From the NCBI GenBank assembly GCA_044358135.1, contig JBIKOJ010000002.1, forward strand, positions 10,922 through 74,921: a DNA stretch of 64,000 nt. The letters are read 5' to 3'. This document shows positions 26,047 to 36,306 of the stretch, piece after piece (within the stretch, counting starts at the first letter, position 1; the number at the start of each line of letters is the position of its first letter). The notes under the pieces are model-generated. The model worked only from the letters and a program-made list of their open reading frames with translations. It did no database searches and was not told the origin of the DNA. The stretch is from Acetobacteraceae bacterium. Its GTDB lineage: Bacteria; Pseudomonadota; Alphaproteobacteria; Acetobacterales; Acetobacteraceae. The position numbers were made by a program, and so were the translations under genes.

Positions 26047-26230
26047 GGCGCGCACGGCATGGGACGATGTGGAACCGATCGACGCCGCCGCGGGCAAGGT
26101 GCATTTCCGGGTGCAGTTCACCCGCTATCGCGCCGATGGCTCGGCGATCGGCAGCTACAAGTCGCTGTACATCGTCACGTTCAAGGACGGGCGCTGGGGA
26201 ATCCAGGGGCGGTCGAGCTGGGCCGAATAA
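26047..26230 (+). pseudogene. Direct repeat, right copy (DR-R): orphan duplicate of the last ~60 codons of the NTF2-like gene
   Basis: The 61-aa track ORF 26045..26230 is a near-identical copy of the C-terminus of 22406..22810. It has no N-terminal half, no SD and no upstream context. Confidence 0.8.
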
Positions 26231-26325
26231 GCACTTGCCCCGATGGCGGAATAATATAAATCCTCGATCGTCTTGGGGAGAATACGGCAGCGTGCCGCCT
26301 TGGCGATCCGGCCGGGGCGGCTGGG

Positions 26326-26811
26326 ATGTTCCGTGGCCGTACCGCCGGGGCGCAGGGGTCTCTCGTGCATCTTGTCCAGCGGCTTTACCGGAGCGTGATC
26401 CTTCCGGCTGAGATCGACCGCCGGGTTGTGACCGGCATCGTGCCGGCATTGCGGACCCTGCCGGGCTTCATCAGCTTCACCACCGTTGATTTCGGCGGCG
26501 GCCGGTTCGGCAGCTTCACGCTGTATGCCCGCCGGGAGGAGGCGGAACGCGTTTCGGCGGCGGCACCCAGCGTGGTGCGCAACTCGCTGGGCGACCTGAT
26601 CCCGGGCACGGCAGAACTGCGCGGCGGCGAGGTGCTGCGCCGCATGCGGACCGCTGGAAAGGCATCGGTGCTGGTGATGCGGCGCTACGACGGCTGCCCG
26701 GACCCGGCGGAGCTGGACCGGCGGATCGCCACGCAGATGCTGCCCCGCTTCGCCGCGCTGCCGGGCTTCCATGGCTACTGCCTGGTGGATGACGGCGCGG
26801 GGGCCGCGTGA
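26326..26811 (+). CDS. Tandem-repeat small alpha/beta-barrel-like (possibly ABM-type) protein, apparently frame-shifted near its 3' end
   Basis: Two internal repeats (LP..ALPGF....VD.G.G). The second repeat continues in another frame (VSSLNLFGTPEDA..., 26808-26969). An alternative start is GTG 26365. The fold assignment is weak. Confidence 0.5.
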   Translation: MFRGRTAGAQGSLVHLVQRLYRSVILPAEIDRRVVTGIVPALRTLPGFISFTTVDFGGGRFGSFTLYARREEAERVSAAAPSVVRNSLGDLIPGTAELRGGEVLRRMRTAGKASVLVMRRYDGCPDPAELDRRIATQMLPRFAALPGFHGYCLVDDGAGAA

Positions 26812-26985
26812 GTTCGCTGAACCTGTTCGGCACGCCGGAGGATGCCGACATGCTGGGCGTGCTGGCGGGCCCGCTGGTGCAGCGCCACCTTTCGGACCTG
26901 CTGCCGCTGGCGCCGGAGACGCTGGTGGGGCAGGTGCTGAGCGAGACCCTGGCCGCGGAGCCAGGCTGATCCGATAACCGAACGG

Positions 26986-27699
26986 TCAGGTCTGCAGGAA
27001 GCCCATCCTGTCCGCCTCCAGCACCGCGCAGGTGAGCGGGCCGCCGAGGACGGCGCCGGTATCCAGCCCGATGCGGTTGGGCTTCACCACCGGCTGGCTG
27101 TCTTCCGGGGTGTGGCCGTGCACCGCCACCGCCTCATGCGGCGCATCGCTGGAGAGGAAGGGCTCGCGGATCCAGAGCAGGTCCTGCCGGGTCTGGCGCG
27201 CCAGGGGCAGGCCCGGCCGCAGGCCGGCATGCACGAAGACGTAGCCGCCGGCGCGGTGCACCAGGGCGAGGCTGCGCAGGAAGGCGAGGTGCGGCGGGGG
27301 GATCAGCGCCTCCCACTGGCGGATCGGCGTGCGCGGCGGCACGGCCCAGCTGGCCAGGGTGGCGTGGCCGCCATTGGCGACCCAGACCTCCGCTTCCGAC
27401 CGGCGGCCGGCCAGTGCGCCCAGCAGCAAATCCTCATGGTTGCCGATGAGGTTCACCACGCGCACGCCCGGCACGGGGAAGGGGGCGATCAGGCGGCCGA
27501 GCACGCCGGCGCTGTCGGGCCCCCGGTCGATGTAGTCGCCGAGATGGATCACCAGCGGGTTGGCATGCGGGCGCGCGCGGAGGTCCTCGCCGATGGCGCG
27601 GTGCATCGCCTCCAGCTGGTCCAGGCAGCCATGCACGTCGCCCACTGCGTAAACACGTTCACCGGGCGGCAGAGCGGCAGGCGCTAACCTCTCGTTCAT
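26986..27699 (-). CDS. PPP-family serine/threonine phosphatase / ApaH-like metallophosphoesterase
   Basis: Motifs GDVHGC, GDYIDRGPDS, GNHE, HGH. Confidence 0.88.
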   Translation of the reverse strand: MNERLAPAALPPGERVYAVGDVHGCLDQLEAMHRAIGEDLRARPHANPLVIHLGDYIDRGPDSAGVLGRLIAPFPVPGVRVVNLIGNHEDLLLGALAGRRSEAEVWVANGGHATLASWAVPPRTPIRQWEALIPPPHLAFLRSLALVHRAGGYVFVHAGLRPGLPLARQTRQDLLWIREPFLSSDAPHEAVAVHGHTPEDSQPVVKPNRIGLDTGAVLGGPLTCAVLEADRMGFLQT

Positions 27700-27766
27700 C
27701 CCACCCCCTTAGCCTCCGCGATGGGCCGCCACAAGGCATGGCCCAACGCACCAGGAGGGTGACACG

Positions 27767-29245
27767 ATGAGTCTGGCGCTGACGGCCGCGCCCGCGCGGC
27801 CCGTTCCCCTGCCCACCCGCGCCCGCCGTGGCGCCCGCGCCGGCGAATTGCTGCTGGCCGATGTTCTGGACCGCGAGGCGCGCGCGCCGCAAGGGCGCAT
27901 CGCCGTGGTGGTTCGCCTCTCCCGCCTGCCGCCGCCGGGGCCGCGCCCCTATCACCGCCGCGTGGCCCGCGCCCTGCTGGAGGATTGCGCCCAGCGCCAT
28001 GGCGGCCAGGTGCTGCAACTGTCCGCCGGCGACCTGGTGCTGCTAGCGCCGGCCCCACCCGCCGGCCAGGCCGACCCGTCCGGCAGCCCGCTCGCCCTGC
28101 CCGGCCTGATCACCCGGCTGCTGCACATGGACGAACAGGGCGCCGAGCCCGCCGCTTATGCCGTCACGCTGGCCGATGGGGCCGCGCGGCTGCAGGCGCT
28201 GCTGGAGGATACCTCCACCCCGCATGTGGAGGAGGAAGCCGTGGCCCGCCCACGCAACCCGTTCGCCGGCCGGCTTTCCCCCGGATTCGCCCCGCTGGCG
28301 GCGGATGCCGTCTCGCGGCTGCTGTCCGGCAGCATGGCCGAGTTGCTGCAGCGCCGCGCCGTGGCACGCCTGCCCGGCCGCGGCGAGCCTGCCGCGCTGA
28401 TGCACACCGTGCACCAGATGCTGGCGGTGGATTCCGCCCAGCTTGCCGCCCGCCTGGCACATCGCCCGGACGGGACCGCGCAGGCCGGGTCCGATCTGCC
28501 TCACGACCCCTGGCTGTCCCGGCACATCGAGGCCGAGTTGGGCCGGGCCGTGCTCGCGCTGCTGCACCAGGCCTGGGGCAGTGGCACGCCGACCGATGCC
28601 GCGCCGCGGCCGGGGGCGCCGCCGCTGCTGCTGCGCCTGCCGCTGGCGGTGCTGTCCGGGGCGGCGTTCGCCGACTTCGCCGCCCTGCCGCATGGTGCCG
28701 CCAAGCCGGCCATCGCCATCGCCATCGCCGAGGCTGCCGCCGATGCCTCGGCCTTCGCCGAGGTGCGCGCCATGCTGCGCGAGGCGGGGATGATGCTGGT
28801 GCTGGATGGGCTGACCCATCACGCCCTGGTGCTTGCACGGCCGGAGATGCTGGAGCCCGATTTCGTGGCCCTGGCCTGGAGCACCGCCCTGCCCCGCCTG
28901 GCCGATGCAAGGCGCGAGGAGGTGGCCGAGGCCGTGGCGCGCATCGGGCCCGCGCGCCTGGTGCTGACCGGGGCCGACAGCGAACCGGCGCTGCGCTGGG
29001 GCCGGGCGCTGGGCATCCAGCTGTTCCAGGGCACGCATGTGGACGCCATGCTGGCCGCCACGCGCCAGCTTTCCTGCCCGCATGCCGCGGTGTGCGGCCT
29101 GCGCGCCTGCACGCAGCGCGCCATCGCCGCCACCGCCGTGGGGCGGGCCGGCTGCGCCCGGCCAGACCTGCTGGACGGGCTCGGCGTCGCGGGAATGCTG
29201 CTGAAGGCCAGTGCCCACGGCCTTGCGGCGCGTGGCCTGACATGA
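27767..29245 (+). CDS. Hypothetical protein with degenerate EAL-like C-terminal half (paralogue 1)
   Basis: N-domain motif VVVRLSRLPPPGPRPYHRR. The C-terminal pattern ...MMLVLDGL...LVLTGADSEPALRWGRALGIQLFQG follows an EAL scaffold but lacks EAL/DDFG residues. Confidence 0.7.
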   Translation: MSLALTAAPARPVPLPTRARRGARAGELLLADVLDREARAPQGRIAVVVRLSRLPPPGPRPYHRRVARALLEDCAQRHGGQVLQLSAGDLVLLAPAPPAGQADPSGSPLALPGLITRLLHMDEQGAEPAAYAVTLADGAARLQALLEDTSTPHVEEEAVARPRNPFAGRLSPGFAPLAADAVSRLLSGSMAELLQRRAVARLPGRGEPAALMHTVHQMLAVDSAQLAARLAHRPDGTAQAGSDLPHDPWLSRHIEAELGRAVLALLHQAWGSGTPTDAAPRPGAPPLLLRLPLAVLSGAAFADFAALPHGAAKPAIAIAIAEAAADASAFAEVRAMLREAGMMLVLDGLTHHALVLARPEMLEPDFVALAWSTALPRLADARREEVAEAVARIGPARLVLTGADSEPALRWGRALGIQLFQGTHVDAMLAATRQLSCPHAAVCGLRACTQRAIAATAVGRAGCARPDLLDGLGVAGMLLKASAHGLAARGLT

Positions 29246-30393
29246 CCGTGCTGGCACTGCCGCGCCACCTGTCGCCGCCGCCCGAGGAGGCGGCCGGCGC
29301 GCTGGAGGCCCTGGTCCGTGAGGTGGTGGCCACCGGCACGCCGCGCCAGGCCCTGCTGCTGCGCCTGTCCCGCCTGCCCCGCGCGCTGCCGCACCATCTG
29401 CGCCTGGCGATGGAGGCCCTGGAGCCGCTGACGGCGGCCGACCGCGCCCGGATGTTCCTGCTGCCGAACGGTGACGCCGCCGTGGTGTGGCGCGGCCCCG
29501 CCGCCGCCCTGCTGGCCGAGACGCGCTCGCGGCTGGCCATGCTGTTCGCCGGGACCGACGACGGCGAGGCCGGCGCCTCGTCCCCGAAGACGGCGCTGGC
29601 CCTGCATCTCGGGCTGCCCGAGGAAGCCGACCTGCTGCTGGCCGCCGCCACCGCCAGCCTGCAGCCACCGGTGACCACGGCGCCCGCCGCGCCACGTGCC
29701 CCACTCGACCCCGCCACGCTCGGCACGCTGGAGGAAGCGCTGGGCAGCGCCGACCTGTCGCGCTTCGCCCGGCGCCGGCCGGTGTGCTCGCTGGTGCCCG
29801 GGGAGGGGATGAAGCTCGCCTGGGAAACCCGCGTGCTGTCGTTGACCGAACTGGCCGACACGCTGGTGCCGGGCTTCGACCTGGAAGCCGCACCCTGGCT
29901 GTTCCGGCGGCTGACCCGCATCCTCGATCTGCGCATGATGGCGCTGCTGTCGGCGCCGCAGGAGCTGGACCGGGCGCGGCCCTTCGCGCTGCGGCTCAAC
30001 ATCGCCTCCATCCTGTCGCCGGCCTTCCTGCGCTTCGATGCCGCCCTGCCGTCGCGCCTGCGCGGGCGGGTGGTGATCGCGCTGCGGCCGGAGGATGTGC
30101 TGGCCGACCCGCCGGCCTTCCTGTTCGCACGCGGCTTTGCCCATGCGCGCGGGTTCAAGCTGCTGCTGGGCGGGCTGACCAAGCTGCTGGCGCCGGCTTT
30201 CCCCGCGGAACAAGGCGGGTTCGACCACCTGGAGCTGGCCTGGGACCCCGTGCTGGCCGGCACCTCGCTCTCGCGGCTGGGATTGCAAGCGGAGCACATC
30301 GTGCTCTCCGGCGTGGATGGCGCGGCGGCACTGGATTGGGCGCGCAGCCAGGCGATCCCGCTGGTGACAGGGCCTTTCGCGCGCCCGGCCTAA
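29242..30393 (+). CDS. Hypothetical protein with degenerate EAL-like C-terminal half (paralogue 2)
   Basis: ATGA overlap with paralogue 1. N-domain LLLRLSRLPRALPHHLR. C-terminal pattern ...FKLLLGGL...IVLSGVDGAAALDWARSQAIPLVTG. Confidence 0.7.
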   Translation: MTVLALPRHLSPPPEEAAGALEALVREVVATGTPRQALLLRLSRLPRALPHHLRLAMEALEPLTAADRARMFLLPNGDAAVVWRGPAAALLAETRSRLAMLFAGTDDGEAGASSPKTALALHLGLPEEADLLLAAATASLQPPVTTAPAAPRAPLDPATLGTLEEALGSADLSRFARRRPVCSLVPGEGMKLAWETRVLSLTELADTLVPGFDLEAAPWLFRRLTRILDLRMMALLSAPQELDRARPFALRLNIASILSPAFLRFDAALPSRLRGRVVIALRPEDVLADPPAFLFARGFAHARGFKLLLGGLTKLLAPAFPAEQGGFDHLELAWDPVLAGTSLSRLGLQAEHIVLSGVDGAAALDWARSQAIPLVTGPFARPA

Positions 30394-30439
30394 GGCGGCC
30401 CCTTGGCGCCGCCGCCGCGCCCCCCTACACACCGCGGCC

Positions 30440-31177
30440 ATGAGCGACGCCATCCGCGTGAGCGGCCTGACCAAGCGCTACGGGGACACCCTGGCTGTCG
30501 ACGACGTTTCCTTCGCCGCCGCGCGCGGGCAGACGATCGGGCTGCTGGGCGGCAACGGCGCGGGCAAGACCACCACCATCGCCATGCTGATGGGGCTGCT
30601 GATCCCCACCGCCGGCAGCATCCACGTGCTGGGCCACGACATGGCGCGCGACCGCTTCGCGGCCCTGGCGCGGATGAACTTCTCCTCGCCCTACGTGGCG
30701 CTCCCTGCCCGCCTGTCCGTCGCCGAGAACCTGCGCGTGTACGGCCATCTCTACGGCGTGCGCGGGCTGGAGGCGCGCATCCGCGAGGTGGCGGCGGAGC
30801 TGGACCTGGTGGACCTGCTGGAACGCCCGGCGGGTCAGCTTTCCGCCGGGCAGAAGACGCGGGTGGCGCTGGCGAAATCGTTGATCAACCGGCCGGAACT
30901 GCTGCTGCTCGACGAGCCCACGGCGAGCCTGGACCCCGATACCGGGGACATGGTGCGCAGCTGGCTGGAACGCTACCGGGCGGCGAGCGGCTGCACGATC
31001 CTGCTGGCGAGCCACAACATGGCCGAGGTGGAGCGCATGTGCTCCCACGTGGTGATGCTGAAACAGGGCCGCATCGTGGACCAGGGCAGCCCCGGGGACC
31101 TGCTGGCACGGTATGGGCGGGATGACCTGGAGCAGGTGTTCCTGGACATCGCCCGGAACCGGAGGGAGTCGAAGTGA
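30440..31177 (+). CDS. ABC transporter ATP-binding protein (ABC-2 exporter type)
   Basis: Walker A GGNGAGKTT, signature LSAGQKTR, Walker B LLLLDEPT. Confidence 0.92.
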   Translation: MSDAIRVSGLTKRYGDTLAVDDVSFAAARGQTIGLLGGNGAGKTTTIAMLMGLLIPTAGSIHVLGHDMARDRFAALARMNFSSPYVALPARLSVAENLRVYGHLYGVRGLEARIREVAAELDLVDLLERPAGQLSAGQKTRVALAKSLINRPELLLLDEPTASLDPDTGDMVRSWLERYRAASGCTILLASHNMAEVERMCSHVVMLKQGRIVDQGSPGDLLARYGRDDLEQVFLDIARNRRESK

Positions 31178-31286
31178 AGAATTCTTCTTTTTGTGAACAA
31201 AAAGAAGCAAAAAAACTTTATTACCTGGCACGCGTGCAAGGTGATAAAAGTTTTTTGGTTCTTTTTTTCAAAAAAGAACCGCTTTC
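31178..31286 (+). repeat. Composite intergenic element, copy E5 (shortest; central hairpin reduced to GGCACGCGTGC core)
   Basis: A-variant CTTCTTTTTGTGAACAAAAAGAAG, then CCTGGCACGCGTGCAAGG, then B GGTTCTTTTTTTCAAAAAAGAACC. It fills the whole gap between the ATPase and permease genes. Confidence 0.9.
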
Positions 31287-31289
31287 TTG

Positions 31290-32087
31290 ATGTCCTCCCT
31301 CCGCCGCATCTGGGGCCTGATGTACCGCCATCTCGCCCTCTATCGCCGCTCCTGGCCGAGGCTGCTGGAGCTCACCTACTGGCCCACGCTGCAGATGTGC
31401 ATCTGGGGCTTCACCTCCAGCTTCATCGCCAGCCGCATGGGCGTGGGCGGGCAGCTGGCGGCCGGGCTGCTGCTGGGCGGGGTGCTGCTGTGGGAGGTGG
31501 CGCTGCGCAGCCAGATGGGCGCGGCGATCTCCTTCCTGGAGGAGATCTGGTCGCGCAACCTGGGCCATGTCTTCGTCTCCCCCTTGCGCCCGTGGGAGCT
31601 GGTGGCGGCGCTGATCGCGATGAGTGCCATCCGCATGGCGATCGGCGTGCTGCCGGCGGTGCTGCTGGCCTGGGGGCTGTATGCCTTCAACCTGTTCGCG
31701 CTGGGGCCGGTGCTGATCCTGTTCACGATCAACCTGATGATGATGGGCTGGTGGATCGCGCTGGGCGTGATCTCCCTGATCCTGCGCCATGGCGCGGGGG
31801 CGGAGGCGCTGGCCTGGTCGGTGCTGTTCGGCATCACGCCGTTTGCCGCGGTGTTCTATCCCGTGAGCGTGCTGCCCACCGTGCTGCAGCCGGTGGCGCT
31901 GGCCCTGCCGGCGGCGCATGTGTTCGAGGGGATGCGCGCGGCACTGGACAGCGGCGTGCTGCGCTGGGACCACCTGGCCTGGGCAGCGGCGCTGAACCTC
32001 GCCTGGGCCGCGGCGGCCGTGCTGCTGTTCGCCCGCCAGTTCCGCGTTGCGCGCGAGCGCGGCGCCCTGCTTTCGATCGGAGAGTAA
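31290..32087 (+). CDS. ABC-2 type transporter permease
   Basis: Six hydrophobic helices. Partner of the upstream ATPase. ATG 31290, with the track's TTG at 31287. No SD; the 5' flank is the repeat element. Confidence 0.88.
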   Translation: MSSLRRIWGLMYRHLALYRRSWPRLLELTYWPTLQMCIWGFTSSFIASRMGVGGQLAAGLLLGGVLLWEVALRSQMGAAISFLEEIWSRNLGHVFVSPLRPWELVAALIAMSAIRMAIGVLPAVLLAWGLYAFNLFALGPVLILFTINLMMMGWWIALGVISLILRHGAGAEALAWSVLFGITPFAAVFYPVSVLPTVLQPVALALPAAHVFEGMRAALDSGVLRWDHLAWAAALNLAWAAAAVLLFARQFRVARERGALLSIGE

Positions 32088-32091
32088 CGAC

Positions 32092-32715
32092 ATGAGCCGC
32101 CCCACCGCCTTCTGGCTGATCCGCCACGCCCTGGTGGAGGAGTCCGCGCGCGCCTTCCTGTATGGCAGCACCGACGTGCCGCTGTGCGAGACCACGCTGA
32201 TGGACCAGGTGCCGATGTATGCCGCGCTGGCCAGCCGGCTGCCGCGGCCGGCGCGCTGGGGCTGCACGCCCCTGTCGCGCACGCGCCGCACGGCGGAGGC
32301 GATCTTCCGGGCCGGCTATCCGGCGCAGGAGATGTTCGTGGTGCCCGGGCTGATCGAGCAATCCATGGGCGAGTGGCACGGCACGCGCCATGCGGAGCTG
32401 CCGGCGAAGCTGGTGGAGCCGGCGCACCCGTTCTGGCCGCTCTCGGGCAGCGAGTGCCCGCCGGGCGGCGAGAGCATGCAGGCGGTGATCGCCCGCGCAG
32501 GCGCCGCGATGGAGGAACTGGCCGTGCGCCATGAAGGCGAGGACGTGGTGATCGTGAGCCATGGCGGCGCCATCCGCGCGGTGGTGGCGCATGCACTCGG
32601 CATCAGCGCCACCAATGCGCTGCATTTGTCGGTGGCCAATCTGGGTCTGACCCGGCTGGAGCGGGAGGCGCAGGGCTGGCGCGTGGTGTGCGTGAACGAG
32701 CTGCCGGGCTACTAG
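32092..32715 (+). CDS. Histidine phosphatase (phosphoglycerate mutase) family protein
   Basis: LIRHA (RHG-type) motif near the N-terminus, then GES...SHGG. Confidence 0.85.
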   Translation: MSRPTAFWLIRHALVEESARAFLYGSTDVPLCETTLMDQVPMYAALASRLPRPARWGCTPLSRTRRTAEAIFRAGYPAQEMFVVPGLIEQSMGEWHGTRHAELPAKLVEPAHPFWPLSGSECPPGGESMQAVIARAGAAMEELAVRHEGEDVVIVSHGGAIRAVVAHALGISATNALHLSVANLGLTRLEREAQGWRVVCVNELPGY

Positions 32716-32724
32716 GCCCCGGCG

Positions 32725-35316
<2,592 letters not shown>

Positions 35317-35317
35317 C

Positions 35318-36226
35318 TCAGCCCCAGCCGCGCGGGTGGTTGGAGAGCTTCGGCGTCGGCTCCACGTTCATGGCCACGCGCAGCGGCGCGACGAAGGCGT
35401 CGATCTTGGCCACCAGCTCCGTGCCGGTCTTGCCGCCATCGCCGGTGAGGCCGGCCTTCACCACCATGGCAATCGCGGTGGCGATCACCTGGATCGCCCG
35501 GGCCAGCTCGGCATGGGAGGAAACGCCATAGGCGCGCGCCTCCCCGGCGCGGCCCAGCAGGTCATCGCCGGTGGTGGCGAGCGTGGTGACGAGGTCGAGG
35601 CCGAAGGTGCCGGCCTGGCCGCGCATGTCGTGCAGCAGGCGGCGCAGGTGGCGCACGGTCTCGCGGTCGTCGTAGCTGGACTGCGCGAAGCGGGTGGCCA
35701 GCTCGCCCAGCAGGGCGAGGTCGGTATCGAGCTTGCTGCGGTAGCGCGCGGCGATCTCGGCCAGCACGCGGTCCGTCTCCGCCTCGGGCATCACCGCCTC
35801 GATGCGCCCGCCGAGCACGGCACCCACCGCCTCGATCAGGCGGGTGCCGGTGATCGGCTTGAACAGCCAGGCATCGATGTGCAGGTCCTTCACGCCCTGC
35901 AGGTGATCCGGCGAGCCGGCCGTGAGCATGATCGCCTTGAAGCGGGTCCGCGGCAGGTCGGCGCGCGCCTGGGCCAGGAAGGCCAGGCCGTCCATCGGCT
36001 CCATCTGCATGTCGCAGATCACGAGGTCCACGGGATGGGTCGCCAGGATCTCCAGCGCCCGGGCGCCCGACCCGGCGGCAAGCACGTGGCGGCAGCCATG
36101 GCGCTCCAGCGTGGCGCGCACCACGGCACGCATGCTGGGGTCGTCATCGACCGTCAGGATGGTCTTGTTGGTCAGATCAGCAGACGGAACGGGCACGAGC
36201 AGCCTCCGCGGGAGACCCAGCGTCAC
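35318..36226 (-). CDS. Response regulator receiver fused to an HPt domain
   Basis: REC (ILTVDDDPSMR...DMQMEPMDG...KP), then HPt-like RRLLHDMRGQAGTFGL. Its stop lies 1 nt from the kinase start. Confidence 0.85.
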   Translation of the reverse strand: MTLGLPRRLLVPVPSADLTNKTILTVDDDPSMRAVVRATLERHGCRHVLAAGSGARALEILATHPVDLVICDMQMEPMDGLAFLAQARADLPRTRFKAIMLTAGSPDHLQGVKDLHIDAWLFKPITGTRLIEAVGAVLGGRIEAVMPEAETDRVLAEIAARYRSKLDTDLALLGELATRFAQSSYDDRETVRHLRRLLHDMRGQAGTFGLDLVTTLATTGDDLLGRAGEARAYGVSSHAELARAIQVIATAIAMVVKAGLTGDGGKTGTELVAKIDAFVAPLRVAMNVEPTPKLSNHPRGWG

Positions 36227-36306
36227 CGCAAGTTCGTCAACAAAACCCTAACTCGCTTCCAGGGGCAAAAAATCGTCCCATGCGGCGAGACTTCAGCAGG
36301 AAATTC

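Noticed and set aside
26045-26230. 61-aa ORF identical to the C-terminus of the NTF2-like protein, considered as an independent small gene
   Set aside because: It is the right-hand direct repeat of the island. It lacks the N-terminal half of the fold, an SD and a promoter context, so it is treated as a gene remnant.
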